This document shows, piece by piece, positions 19,706 through 29,333 of a stretch of DNA of 37,918 bases. The stretch is from the IMG/VR virus record IMGVR_UViG_3300005077_000050, positions 1 to 37,918 of that record; one strand, given 5' to 3'. The stretch is from a virus. Lineage: Duplodnaviria > Caudoviricetes. Below the pieces are notes generated by a model that ran no database searches, was not told the DNA's origin, and saw only the letters and a list, made by a program, of their open reading frames with translations. Made by a program: the position numbers and the translations under genes. Each line of letters starts with the position of its first letter. Positions within the stretch are counted from its first letter, which is position 1.

Positions 19706-20166
19706 TGTTTAAATATATAAACATGCCTAAACTCGTTGCGTATTATCTAAAAGAGTTTAGCGTAAATTCCAGTAGCCAACCCTCAAACCTTTATAAGTTT
19801 GTGTTTTGTCTTTGCTTACCGTTCATATCGAAAACGTTTAATCGCGCACGTATGATTGCGCTTATGATTTCGGAATGTACGCAAAGCGCAGACCAAATAG
19901 GTAAGGTGCTTAATGCTATAACGGGGGCCGACATATCGTTTATAAATTTCGAAGATACGTTCTTCTGCGGGTATGATGGCACGTCAGATGTTCCCAACGT
20001 TCATTACAGCGGTAAGTTCTATGACGTGCCTCTTTTGCCTTACTCTACAATCCCGAACGCTTCTAATATGCACGTTACGCTTAACGGTTACAGTCAGAAG
20101 CAGTTTGAATCTTATCTTTCGCTTTTAATACCTTTTTATGTATCTATTCAAATAACGTACGAATGA
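19702..20166 (+). CDS. Baseplate wedge protein (gpI-like)
   Basis: Follows the J-like gene; Q....KVLN motif and C-terminal LIP....I.ITY. Confidence 0.5.
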   Translation: MMFKYINMPKLVAYYLKEFSVNSSSQPSNLYKFVFCLCLPFISKTFNRARMIALMISECTQSADQIGKVLNAITGADISFINFEDTFFCGYDGTSDVPNVHYSGKFYDVPLLPYSTIPNASNMHVTLNGYSQKQFESYLSLLIPFYVSIQITYE

Positions 20167-20918
20167 AAAAATTAAACGCAGCTAATCCCGGAGTTTTGCG
20201 TCCGCTTCGGGCACAGGATTTACAAAATATTTGGGACGCTTTCGCAAAAATACATGCTCAGTCATTAACAATGGCTCCACGTATTATAAGTGGGTTTTAC
20301 GATAAAGGGGATGGGTACTTATCGGAAGGGGTAGTGATGGTAGCAAAAACGTTGTATTATCATCCCGATACGTCCGGTTCACGGATAGCAATCGGAGCCA
20401 ACGTGTACGGGAAACAGACCTCTGGAGTTGATACACGTGTTTTCGGCGACTCAACGGTGAACGATTTTGCGTACGACATGTTAGCTAATACCGATACAAG
20501 CGGAACGCTTATCGGTAACTTCTCTTTAGCTAATATAAATCTTTGGCGGTTAAAAGCCACGCAAAAAGAGCGTATTGTAAAAGGTGTGTTGAGGTTTGAT
20601 TTTACTAACAACTGTACGTTTACCCCTTACGACTCTTCTGCTGATTCTGATATTGCAATCGAGAGCATATCGTACCCGACTACCAAAACAGCGCTCATTG
20701 AAATAAAGGATGGTTCAAACGTTTTGATGAAAGCCGGTTTTAATATCGCACCGGTTCAAACAACGGATATGGACTTCCTTGTTGACGCTGGTCTGTACCC
20801 TAAAGTTATAATGCTACCACAGTCAACGACTGGTTTTCTTTTTAAATGGGAAAACAGCCCAACGGAGTTTCCGCTTAATATGTTTGCGTTCCATGTTGAA
20901 ATAGCCTTTGCCCTGTAA
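20163..20918 (+). CDS. Tail fibre-like protein
   Basis: N-terminal PL...DL...IISG...SEGVV baseplate-attachment pattern; last gene of the + operon. Confidence 0.5.
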   Translation: MKKLNAANPGVLRPLRAQDLQNIWDAFAKIHAQSLTMAPRIISGFYDKGDGYLSEGVVMVAKTLYYHPDTSGSRIAIGANVYGKQTSGVDTRVFGDSTVNDFAYDMLANTDTSGTLIGNFSLANINLWRLKATQKERIVKGVLRFDFTNNCTFTPYDSSADSDIAIESISYPTTKTALIEIKDGSNVLMKAGFNIAPVQTTDMDFLVDAGLYPKVIMLPQSTTGFLFKWENSPTEFPLNMFAFHVEIAFAL

Positions 20919-20919
20919 C

Positions 20920-20957
20920 AAAAAAAGCCAACGTTCAAATTTGAGCGTTGGCTTTTT
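20920..20957. terminator. Bidirectional intrinsic terminator between the convergent arms
   Basis: A7-GCCAACGTTCA-AATT-TGAGCGTTGGC-T5 between the stops at 20918 and 20962. Confidence 0.9.
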
Positions 20958-20961
20958 CTAT

Positions 20962-21306
20962 TTAACGTGAATCGTTGCTTCCAAAGTTCATCATAGGAGG
21001 ATTGTGAAAGAACGTTGTATCATCGTCGTCATCCGGTCTTACAACCTTAACAGATGCACGTACAACATAGCTTTTGTCTTTCATCTTTTTAACTCCGTAA
21101 GTTATTAAGTCCTCACGGTTTAATTCACGTGCAAGCTCTTTTGGAACGATGTCGTGAATATCGTATTTTGCATCCCAATTGTTTAGCATCATAGAGCATT
21201 GAACGTTTACTACATCACGTTTTTTCCCGTTTATTTCGACAGGCTCCTCGAATTTTAAAACACGTTTAACCAATTCGATGATTTTAACTTTTGTCGCTGT
21301 TTTCAT
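20962..21306 (-). CDS. Hypothetical protein
   Basis: 114 aa ORF overlapping the helicase end. Confidence 0.65.
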   Translation of the reverse strand: MKTATKVKIIELVKRVLKFEEPVEINGKKRDVVNVQCSMMLNNWDAKYDIHDIVPKELARELNREDLITYGVKKMKDKSYVVRASVKVVRPDDDDDTTFFHNPPMMNFGSNDSR

Positions 21307-22654
21307 AATCGTTAAAGTTTTTAGTTTTACTTATTTTATCATTCAGAACATTTAAAATTTTACGTTCTATTGTATTTGAGGCTATTAAGTGTATTATAGA
21401 AACTGTTTCAATTTGCCCCGGCCTATCAAGTCTTTTATTGAACTGACTATAAAGTTCTGCATCGTATGTAGGGCTAAACCAAACCACTGTAAAACCTCCA
21501 AATTGCAGGTTTAACCCGTGGCCAATGCTGGCGGGGTGTGCAATTGCCAAAGGAATCTGTTTGTTATTCCAGTCTATAAACTCCTGGTCCGTTTCTAATA
21601 GCTTGCTACCTTCAAATGCTTTCAATATTTCGGATGCTTCGCTTTTAAAACTATATGCCACCAGTATTGGCGCGTCTATTATGTTAAATAGCTCCTGTAA
21701 AGCGTCCATTTTTTCGGTATGAGTTATGCTATAAGAAACGTGTTTTTCATCGGTATAAACGTAACCGGATGCTAATTGACGCAGCTTACTTCCTTTTGTA
21801 CTCTTAGCAAACGCAATAAGTTTCTCTGCTGATTTGAACGGATTATCACCACGTTCAGCTTCAAAAGCTAAAACGCTCTCATACTCAAAGCGCTCGTACT
21901 CTTTCATACGTACCGGTGGTAAGTCAACGTAAATATCTTTATAAACAGCCGGTGGTAAGTCAACGTTATCTTTCACCACATATACAAGATGCTTTATTGC
22001 ATCATGTATTGCGGGTATACGATGCGGGTTAACTTCCCAAACAGAGTATACACCTTTTACGTTATACTTAACGTACATAAAAGATTCACGGAAACGTGTT
22101 ATATTTTTACCCAACGCTTGCCCAGCATCAAGTAAAAATATTTGATGCCAAAGTTTTTCGTACCCACCATGAATAGGTGTGCCCGTTAATAAAACACGTC
22201 TTTTAACTTTACTCATTATTCTACGTGCTTCTTTACTACGTAACGACGAAGCATTTTTAAAAAGCGTAGATTCGTCCACTATAACCATATCCCAACAACC
22301 GTGCGGAATTTCGTTCATCAACGTTGCACTACACACACAAACCTTATACTTGGATGATAACAGGTGCATCTTAATATCCAACGCTCTTTTACAGTATTTT
22401 ATGTTAATACCTATACCGTAGTTTGTCGATTCTTGCACCCAGACGCTTGATGCTACTCTTTTTGGTGCAACGACCAAAACGTTACGAACTTTGTCGTTTG
22501 GTGCTTCCTGTAATGAGTCCTTATAAAAAAGCGCAGATACGGCAACCAACGTAGATAACGTTTTTCCTGTTCCCATACCTGCGACAATCATTGTGTTGTT
22601 AGTCTTTATAACGTGATTTACTATGGCTTTCTGATACTCACGTAATTTAATCAT
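21284..22654 (-). CDS. SNF2-like superfamily 2 helicase
   Basis: LREYQ, MGTGKT, IVDES, LTGTP, GHGLNLQ and Q...RL.RPGQ motifs. Confidence 0.93.
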   Translation of the reverse strand: MIKLREYQKAIVNHVIKTNNTMIVAGMGTGKTLSTLVAVSALFYKDSLQEAPNDKVRNVLVVAPKRVASSVWVQESTNYGIGINIKYCKRALDIKMHLLSSKYKVCVCSATLMNEIPHGCWDMVIVDESTLFKNASSLRSKEARRIMSKVKRRVLLTGTPIHGGYEKLWHQIFLLDAGQALGKNITRFRESFMYVKYNVKGVYSVWEVNPHRIPAIHDAIKHLVYVVKDNVDLPPAVYKDIYVDLPPVRMKEYERFEYESVLAFEAERGDNPFKSAEKLIAFAKSTKGSKLRQLASGYVYTDEKHVSYSITHTEKMDALQELFNIIDAPILVAYSFKSEASEILKAFEGSKLLETDQEFIDWNNKQIPLAIAHPASIGHGLNLQFGGFTVVWFSPTYDAELYSQFNKRLDRPGQIETVSIIHLIASNTIERKILNVLNDKISKTKNFNDYENSDKS

Positions 22655-22934
22655 TTTGCGTTTTGATAGACGGTAGCTGTGTTATGCTAATTTGGAGTGA
22701 TGTTTTACATTCGGAAGAACGTTCGCTAACGTCGTTGTAAATTTTTAAAGCAGTTTCGTAATCACCACAAACGATATGGAACGGCATATCAAAGCAGTGC
22801 CACTTACCTTTTTTGATGTCGCTTGCTTCTGCTTGATGACTTTGCTTCATAAACGTTCTAATTTCCTCTGAAAACTCAATGCCTAAACGCTCTTCAATTT
22901 GAGGAACGTTTAAATTACCTAACATTATACTCAT
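22647..22934 (-). CDS. Hypothetical protein, paralogue of 22941-23213
   Basis: Shared GN....Q.....G.E..EE......H...A......H.F.MP pattern. Confidence 0.75.
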   Translation of the reverse strand: MSIMLGNLNVPQIEERLGIEFSEEIRTFMKQSHQAEASDIKKGKWHCFDMPFHIVCGDYETALKIYNDVSERSSECKTSLQISITQLPSIKTQND

Positions 22935-22940
22935 ATTTAA

Positions 22941-23213
22941 TCATTTTGGTAAAACTTCTCCGATTATTAAAAGTCCAATTTTCTCTTTACGCTTTTCTGG
23001 CGCAAACATTCTCCTGACAACGTGCTTCGCTTCATCACCTTTAAAGTGAACCGCACGTGGCATTGCGAAAACGTGAAACGACGATTTCATCCCTGACAGG
23101 TCTGCACGGTCATTATGGTACAAATCCCATAAACGTTTATCCTCTTCATCCAGTTCAAACCCGGTGAATTTTCGCATTTGTTCAAACGTTATGTTTCCTA
23201 TATATGTTCCCAT
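22941..23213 (-). CDS. Hypothetical protein, paralogue of 22647-22934
   Basis: Same shared pattern as its neighbour. Confidence 0.75.
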   Translation of the reverse strand: MGTYIGNITFEQMRKFTGFELDEEDKRLWDLYHNDRADLSGMKSSFHVFAMPRAVHFKGDEAKHVVRRMFAPEKRKEKIGLLIIGEVLPK

Positions 23214-23214
23214 A

Positions 23215-23556
23215 CTAAAAAGGTAAGTCGTCGTCGTATTTTAACCATGACATACTATCAGAGCCTTGCTCACGTTCTTTTTGCTCCAGTTCGCTTCGCT
23301 TCGGTGCTTTTTGCTCACGTTTTTCTGCCTCAATTTCATCCTCTATTGTTTGTTCTATCTGCTCAACGTACTCGTTAGCGTATAAAATTGCAGCGTAAAC
23401 AAGTTTTTCTCTTTCCTTTGGGTCAAACTTGTTTGAGTAGGAAACAAGGTTGGGATTATTTACTAACCCCTTTAAAACTTCTATTGCTACGTAGTCACGT
23501 AGCTGGATGCCGCTTCCTTCCGTTGATGGGAAAACGGTTAAATTTTTTAAGCTCAT
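23215..23556 (-). CDS. Phage protein with a G..LRDY.A motif and a C-terminal DDDLPF tail
   Basis: FP...GIQLRDYVA resembles a common small phage protein motif; acidic-PF terminus. Confidence 0.75.
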   Translation of the reverse strand: MSLKNLTVFPSTEGSGIQLRDYVAIEVLKGLVNNPNLVSYSNKFDPKEREKLVYAAILYANEYVEQIEQTIEDEIEAEKREQKAPKRSELEQKEREQGSDSMSWLKYDDDLPF

Positions 23557-23687
23557 ACGTTTTGAATTTGAATGATTATAATATCCGAACTGTAATAAAT
23601 TACGTTTGTCACGTCTTTGCCATGAGGCAGTTCAATTTCGATAAAACTACGTTTACTTTTGAAACGTTCTATTAACTTTTTTATCAT
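23553..23687 (-). CDS. Small hypothetical protein, 44 aa (MIKKLIERFKSK...IQNV), not in the ORF track
   Basis: Fills the gap exactly, with ATGA overlaps at both ends. Confidence 0.6.
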   Translation of the reverse strand: MIKKLIERFKSKRSFIEIELPHGKDVTNVIYYSSDIIIIQIQNV

Positions 23688-23941
23688 AACTTCTGAATTT
23701 GCTTCATAGTATCAATAAACTGTATGTTTTGCGGTAAAACGCTTTCAATCGTTCCATCCGGTAACTCAACAATGGCGAACGTGTAGTTACCTGCACCAGT
23801 TTCAAACTCTTCATAAGCGTTGCCCCACTGGTGAAAAAACCCAGCGTTTTCAAACTTGCTCTCGAAGCGTCCTGTGCCTTCAACTTGCCTTCCGTTTTCA
23901 TAAACGGTAGGAATCCATTTTTTAAAAAATACTTTTCTCAT
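23684..23941 (-). CDS. Hypothetical protein, paralogue of 23947-24189
   Basis: MR.V.FKKWIP.VYENG..V.GTG...N.G.FHQW...AI.E..DGTI......I.FIDT shared with its neighbour. Confidence 0.8.
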   Translation of the reverse strand: MRKVFFKKWIPTVYENGRQVEGTGRFESKFENAGFFHQWGNAYEEFETGAGNYTFAIVELPDGTIESVLPQNIQFIDTMKQIQKL

Positions 23942-23946
23942 AGTTA

Positions 23947-24189
23947 CTACGTTTTAATATGGTTAAGCGTGTCAATAAATTTAATGTCATAAGCTGAAAT
24001 TTTGTCTATGGTTCCGTCAGCTATCTCTATTATTGCGTAGATGAAACTTTCTCCTGATGAACCATTTTCCGTAATCCATTGATGGAACAAACCAACGTTA
24101 ACAAAGTCACTAAGGCATCCTGTGCCTTTAACTACTGCTCCGTTTTCGTAAACGGAAGGAATCCATTTTTTAAACAGTACGGTTCTCAT
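23947..24189 (-). CDS. Hypothetical protein, paralogue of 23684-23941
   Basis: Same shared pattern as its neighbour. Confidence 0.8.
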   Translation of the reverse strand: MRTVLFKKWIPSVYENGAVVKGTGCLSDFVNVGLFHQWITENGSSGESFIYAIIEIADGTIDKISAYDIKFIDTLNHIKT

Positions 24190-24481
24190 ACGTTTTGTAA
24201 GCTACTTTTTTTAACTCTTCTAAATGTTGAATAGTCACGTCAAGCACGTACGTTTCAATACCTACTGCTTTTAACATCGTGTGGAAGTGCGCCTGTAAAG
24301 GTGTGCATTTTTTACCCGTTTCTTTTGTTTCCACGTAAAACGTTTCACCGTTCCAGTGAACAATTCTGTCAGGTATTCCGGCATTTGTAATAGGGTGCAT
24401 TTTAAACGCTTTTGCACCCGCTCTTTTCACTGCTGCCATTAACGCAGCATCAACCGCTGATTCTCTGTAAACTCTGCTCAT
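24170..24481 (-). CDS. VRR-NUC domain nuclease
   Basis: RES.V, GIPDRIV, YVETK and TPLQ: PD-(D/E)xK VRR-NUC motifs. Confidence 0.9.
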   Translation of the reverse strand: MSRVYRESAVDAALMAAVKRAGAKAFKMHPITNAGIPDRIVHWNGETFYVETKETGKKCTPLQAHFHTMLKAVGIETYVLDVTIQHLEELKKVAYKTYENRTV

Positions 24482-24941
24482 CTAATAAATGTTTAGTTAT
24501 TACGTTTCTTGTTCTGTATATAGACCTCATAGATACGTTCAAATAAAGCTCTATATCGTTTTTAGACTCATTACGTTTTAACATCTCGTGTATGCAAAGC
24601 TGTTTAACCTGATGAAGGTTATAACACGCAAGCCTTATCCAAAATGGCTCGTTGTCCCAAACGTTAGTCAGTATATCCATCATATACCTAAATTCGCCTA
24701 ACCTACGTATGTGGCCCTCTGTATGGTGTATTTTCTCAAAATAAGCGTATTTAACAGCGTAGAACTTTAACCCTGTCATTTCAGCTATTTCGTGTAACCC
24801 AGCGTATGTGTTTCCTCTGTAAACGTAGATATGAGTAACCCACGTTAAATATTTCCTTTCCCCGAATAACGCAAGACGTTCGCTCAGGTCACTCGGCCCG
24901 CCGGAACGTTCAATAGCCATCCGTATTAAGTCCTTTATCAT
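24450..24941 (-). CDS. Putative HTH DNA-binding protein, possible late transcription regulator
   Basis: Two HTH-like segments: LHEIAEMTGLKFYAV and SKNDIELYLNVSMRSIYR. Confidence 0.45.
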   Translation of the reverse strand: MIKDLIRMAIERSGGPSDLSERLALFGERKYLTWVTHIYVYRGNTYAGLHEIAEMTGLKFYAVKYAYFEKIHHTEGHIRRLGEFRYMMDILTNVWDNEPFWIRLACYNLHQVKQLCIHEMLKRNESKNDIELYLNVSMRSIYRTRNVITKHLLDEQSLQRISG

Positions 24942-27270
24942 TTCTCGATTTTTTTAACAATGATACTAATGATGATTTTCTTACCCACGCTAACGCAGTA
25001 CCATACTCACCGAAACGTTGTTTACGCCCGTCCTGAATAAACAGTCCAGTTGCACGTAAAGCGTCGCCTATTTTACGACCTTGTTGCGGTGTGCACTCCA
25101 TACGTGATAGTCCAAAGAACTCACGTGCTACCTCAGTTGTACAAACTGCATCACGTTGCTCACCACGCCACAAAGGTCTGCTGTTTTCCCAATAATGTTT
25201 ACGTTCAAAGACGCTCATTTCATACCAATCGTGAGGCACTGGCATGTTCAAATAATCAATCAACGCTCCCTCTTCTATGTTTTCTGCTTTATGGACTTGA
25301 CGTAACATTTTTGCCTCTACCTCTGCACCTAAAGTCAGAACAGGCAAAACGCCCATCTTATAATGGTGCACCGCTTCTGCCCAATAATGGTCAACCAACG
25401 TTAAAAACGATTCATCGTGAACGTTTATCTTAACTTGTGTAGCGTTGCACATCAAACCCCACCAACGTCTGCCATCCTCAGATGGGTCATCAAGAAATAT
25501 AACGTCATTCGATGAAGCGATGAAAACACATTGGCGTTTATACGTTTTGGTGTATTTCAAATACGCTGAACGGTATCTGTCCTCTCCCTTTGTAACAAAC
25601 GCTTTACGACTATTTGTGCTACGGTTTTGAATCCCGTTTAGCTCCGGTATCTCCATAAGCCATACCCCACGTAACTGCTCGTACGCCTCTTTACTACCGT
25701 TAAACGTGTAAAACGTATCACTACCCCACATTTTAGCCATACGTCGAATAAATTTAGATTTTCCCAAACCTTCTTCTGAAACTAAAACCGGTATATAGTC
25801 CATTTTGGATGCAGGTATGAAAACTCTACGTACAGCCCCAACAAAAAACTTCAATCCAACTTCACGTGAATATTGTGACTCGGGAACTCCAAAACAGTCT
25901 ATGAATATACGTTCAAGCCTTGGTACACCATCCCACTCTAAACTCTCTAAATATTCACGTACCGGGTGAAACGAGTTTTTATGAGCCGTTATGTTTAGCG
26001 CATCTGTAAGGTTCGCACGTGCGTCATATCCGTAGGCTTTTTCAAAATGTAAACGTAAATAACTTTCGTCCACATCCTCCATCCCCTCATAGGCTTGCAC
26101 GTTTATGCAGTCCTCGCTTCCTGTACGTACGTCAACGTTTGCTCTCCAATAAGGCATACGTTTAAGAACCGGCATTTCTGAAAACAAGTCATAACCAAAA
26201 ACGCCTTGCAATTCAGGGTCGTATCTTAAAATATATTCAGCGTTTTTTAATGACTTAACAAGTGCTCCGTTTTTATCAAGCTCTAAATGCTCTTTTAACA
26301 ACGTTTTTGAGTCGTCGTCAAGGCTGTCCAACGTATCGGTAAACGACTTATTTGCTTCCGGTTGCAAGCCCAACGCTTCGCAGAAACGTGTCATCGCTGC
26401 ATCGCCAGCTTTGCCTTCGCCAAACTTGTACAAACGTACTGCATCATAAGCGTTGTGGCTCCGACCCATAAACGGGTCTGTACTGTGGAAAGATACTAAA
26501 AACATATTTTCGTATATCTTTCCACCTTTTACGGTTGACGCACCTATGAACGTATACGTTCCATCGTTTTCCTTTTTCCAAATATCAGGTAAGAACGTAT
26601 CAAGAGTTTCTATTATTGAGTATTTTTTACAAAACGCTCCAATCATTCCACCTTTTTTGGTTGGGTCTTGAACGCTTACTTTAATATCAACTTTGTCCAG
26701 GTCTTTCCAATCTTTGTTTTCACGTAGAAAAACGTCAACTTCTAATTCGCGTTTTTCTTGCGTTTCAAAGTGATACGTTGCATCTTTTGGGATGCTTGGA
26801 AAAAACATTATACGGTTAAAGTCAAGCGTAGAAACGTCTATCGGGATACCGAAACGTTTGCTTAGAATACGAAGCATACCGCTGTATTCATCCGCGTTCA
26901 CAATCCTATCAAGAGGCACTACTACTCTGTAACGTGGCTCCTCCGGTGTGGATGAATGAGTTGAGTGAAAAATATACGTGTACTCAGAAATCCATTCACG
27001 AAGTAGTTTGTATGAATCCGGCTCAACGTGGTCAATATCTAAGGCGATTAACTGCCTATACGAAACTTTACGTTTCTTTGCAGAACCGCCTATAAAAAAA
27101 CCAACATCTTTTGCCTCTACACGTTGAGCCTTTGACATTGCCTTGTACTGGCTCAACGTGTGTTCGCATACTTCTACTTTTTTCAACCTTTGAACCAACG
27201 TTTTCCATTCCCACGCTTCTTGGCGTGTGTTTGTGGCCTTTCTATCGGTTCCAATCGCTATATCATACAT
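24910..27270 (-). CDS. Primase-like N-terminal domain fused to a VirE/VapE helicase
   Basis: KDVG.FIGG, ALDID, HSTHS...PRYRVV.P, FHPVREYL..L.WDG.PR, Walker A EGLGKS, D.YR.AY and GRRWW. Confidence 0.9.
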   Translation of the reverse strand: MYDIAIGTDRKATNTRQEAWEWKTLVQRLKKVEVCEHTLSQYKAMSKAQRVEAKDVGFFIGGSAKKRKVSYRQLIALDIDHVEPDSYKLLREWISEYTYIFHSTHSSTPEEPRYRVVVPLDRIVNADEYSGMLRILSKRFGIPIDVSTLDFNRIMFFPSIPKDATYHFETQEKRELEVDVFLRENKDWKDLDKVDIKVSVQDPTKKGGMIGAFCKKYSIIETLDTFLPDIWKKENDGTYTFIGASTVKGGKIYENMFLVSFHSTDPFMGRSHNAYDAVRLYKFGEGKAGDAAMTRFCEALGLQPEANKSFTDTLDSLDDDSKTLLKEHLELDKNGALVKSLKNAEYILRYDPELQGVFGYDLFSEMPVLKRMPYWRANVDVRTGSEDCINVQAYEGMEDVDESYLRLHFEKAYGYDARANLTDALNITAHKNSFHPVREYLESLEWDGVPRLERIFIDCFGVPESQYSREVGLKFFVGAVRRVFIPASKMDYIPVLVSEEGLGKSKFIRRMAKMWGSDTFYTFNGSKEAYEQLRGVWLMEIPELNGIQNRSTNSRKAFVTKGEDRYRSAYLKYTKTYKRQCVFIASSNDVIFLDDPSEDGRRWWGLMCNATQVKINVHDESFLTLVDHYWAEAVHHYKMGVLPVLTLGAEVEAKMLRQVHKAENIEEGALIDYLNMPVPHDWYEMSVFERKHYWENSRPLWRGEQRDAVCTTEVAREFFGLSRMECTPQQGRKIGDALRATGLFIQDGRKQRFGEYGTALAWVRKSSLVSLLKKSRNDKGLNTDGY

Positions 27271-27271
27271 A

Positions 27272-29104
27272 TTATTTCCTGTATCTGTCTGAAACGTTTC
27301 CGTCAGCGTTTAATACTAATCCTTCTGCCCAGGGTATTGGTTTACGTGCTTCTGAAAGTAAGTCGTCAAGCACGTTCTCTTTTGTCAAGTACCAAATCTC
27401 GTCATGCACGGTGCCAACGCACGTAACTGTTGGTTGGGCTTTCTCGAAACGTGAAATAATGTCAACCAGTATATCACGTGAAATAGCTTGCACAATATTT
27501 TCAAGCAAAACGCCTCCCCAAATAGGTACGTGAACAGCGGTCGAACCTCTTGTATAATCCCAATACGCAAGGCTCGAACCGTACTGTGACTGCTCAACGT
27601 GGAAGCCGGGGTAATATAACGCCCGTCCTGATGGTAACTGTATTTTGCCCGTTTTACCATCATAAAAGAAAGTTATACGTACATTACCAAACGCAAAAAC
27701 GCTCATACCGGACTGCATTGCACGTCTAAACGTTTGCTCTAACGCTGACCACAAGCGCACGATTTCAGGATTCGCGTTTCTCCATAAGGCTACTAAGTTA
27801 CGTACAAACTCTTCACCAGCTGATTCGTAAAAGTCGGGTACGATGTTACGCAAAGCAGCGTGACCACCACCGTAACCAAAACCTAATTCTGCACACTTCC
27901 CATAATAACGTTCTTTATCATCTTTGTTTACTTTCTCAATGTTAAACATTTTTTCGGCTGACCTTGCGTATATGTCAACGTTACGTTCAAACGCTTCCAT
28001 TCTCCAACGACTTTCAGCAATCCACGCAACTACACGTGCTTCTATTTGTGATAAGTCAGCGTACATAAATAAATGGTCAGACGTTTTGCCTAAACAAAGT
28101 CGCATATGTTGTTTTAAATGTTCATATCCTTTAACGTTTGTCAAATCCTCTGACACAGGCTCCAAAATACGCGTCCAGTTATGAAGCTGCACACCTTTTG
28201 ATGACCAACGCCCGGTGTGCGCCCCGTGACCTACAAACTCACCATGCAAACGTCCATCACTACAAACACGTTCGTAGCCTTTTGGCAGCTTAGAGAAAGA
28301 GCTACCGGCTGCTGTATCTCTCAACGTTAAAATTTCGTGGGTAACGCCTAAACGCAATTTCTTGTTTAACGTTGTTAACTGTATGCCTTCACGCTTCAAA
28401 GCCGCTTGCACTTGTGCAGGTGATTTTAAATTGTTAATACCGTATTTATTCATCGCTACGATAGAAGCGTTGTTTTCGTACGCCTTAGCTTTCATGTAAA
28501 TCTGCATCGCTAAACGCAAATCGAACGGAACACCTGCAAAGTTCATTTTAAAGGTAAGCTGCATCGTGTACGTTTCCAACGGTGGTAATACACTCATAAT
28601 TTTGTGCGCTCTTCTCATAGTTTCGACGTCGTGTTTAGCGTACTCTTTAAACGTTTCCCACTCTTCTGGGTAGTCTTTTGGTTCGTTAAAAGTATCTTTT
28701 TTCTTGAGAGGGAAAGAAAACAATTTTACCCCCTCCTGTTCCATTTTATCGGGCAAATTTAGCCTTTTAGCTAAATCGGATAGTTTTCGTGGTAATCCAA
28801 AATATGATGACTGGTAGGCTGTGTCATGCCATTGGGTATAGATAACAGGCAAAAGTAGCGTATATTTAAAGATACTCATATCAAACTCTGCATTATGAGC
28901 TATCTTTAAAACCTCGTTATCTGTTAAGGCTTTTATAATTTCGTCCGGTATGTTATCAAACTCACAAACGTTTACCTCATCATCATCAAAGGCATACGCT
29001 GTTAAAAGCACTTGCGTTGACGCATCCATCGCATACTTGTGCGCTCCTACGTTCGGCAAATCTGCCTTGGAACGTGTTTCAAAGTCAATATATAATTTTC
29101 TCAT
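27272..29104 (-). CDS. polA: DNA polymerase, family A, with a 3'-5' exonuclease domain
   Basis: IDFETRS, AHNAEFD, TGRWS, motif A DLSQIEAR, motif B R..GK.AELG.GYG, motif C VHDE. Confidence 0.95.
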   Translation of the reverse strand: MRKLYIDFETRSKADLPNVGAHKYAMDASTQVLLTAYAFDDDEVNVCEFDNIPDEIIKALTDNEVLKIAHNAEFDMSIFKYTLLLPVIYTQWHDTAYQSSYFGLPRKLSDLAKRLNLPDKMEQEGVKLFSFPLKKKDTFNEPKDYPEEWETFKEYAKHDVETMRRAHKIMSVLPPLETYTMQLTFKMNFAGVPFDLRLAMQIYMKAKAYENNASIVAMNKYGINNLKSPAQVQAALKREGIQLTTLNKKLRLGVTHEILTLRDTAAGSSFSKLPKGYERVCSDGRLHGEFVGHGAHTGRWSSKGVQLHNWTRILEPVSEDLTNVKGYEHLKQHMRLCLGKTSDHLFMYADLSQIEARVVAWIAESRWRMEAFERNVDIYARSAEKMFNIEKVNKDDKERYYGKCAELGFGYGGGHAALRNIVPDFYESAGEEFVRNLVALWRNANPEIVRLWSALEQTFRRAMQSGMSVFAFGNVRITFFYDGKTGKIQLPSGRALYYPGFHVEQSQYGSSLAYWDYTRGSTAVHVPIWGGVLLENIVQAISRDILVDIISRFEKAQPTVTCVGTVHDEIWYLTKENVLDDLLSEARKPIPWAEGLVLNADGNVSDRYRK

Positions 29105-29313
29105 AACCCTAATAATTTTTCAATATTACGTTCTGTATAAACTTTTACTTGCAATAAATCGTCTTTATCCCTCTCACCACTAATGTTAATTAACGTTTTA
29201 CATACTTCCTTTCTATACTCAAGCAAAGGCTTCAACATTTTTAACGTTTCATCTACGTCTAATTTCATAGCTAAAATAATCTTATCCCTTTCTGTTGATG
29301 TGTTTTCACTCAT
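29101..29313 (-). CDS. Hypothetical protein
   Basis: 70 aa ORF with ATGA overlap into polA. Confidence 0.65.
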   Translation of the reverse strand: MSENTSTERDKIILAMKLDVDETLKMLKPLLEYRKEVCKTLINISGERDKDDLLQVKVYTERNIEKLLGL

Positions 29314-29333
29314 GATTTTAACTTTTAGTTAGA

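Noticed and set aside
15569-20918. Diversity-generating retroelement or invertible tail-fibre cassette
   Set aside because: No reverse transcriptase, invertase, template/variable repeat pair or flanking inverted repeats were seen.
655-20938. Minus-strand ORFs under the structural operon (e.g. 3722-4156, 10745-11182, 14140-14622)
   Set aside because: Antisense shadows of well-supported + strand genes, without motifs or initiation context.
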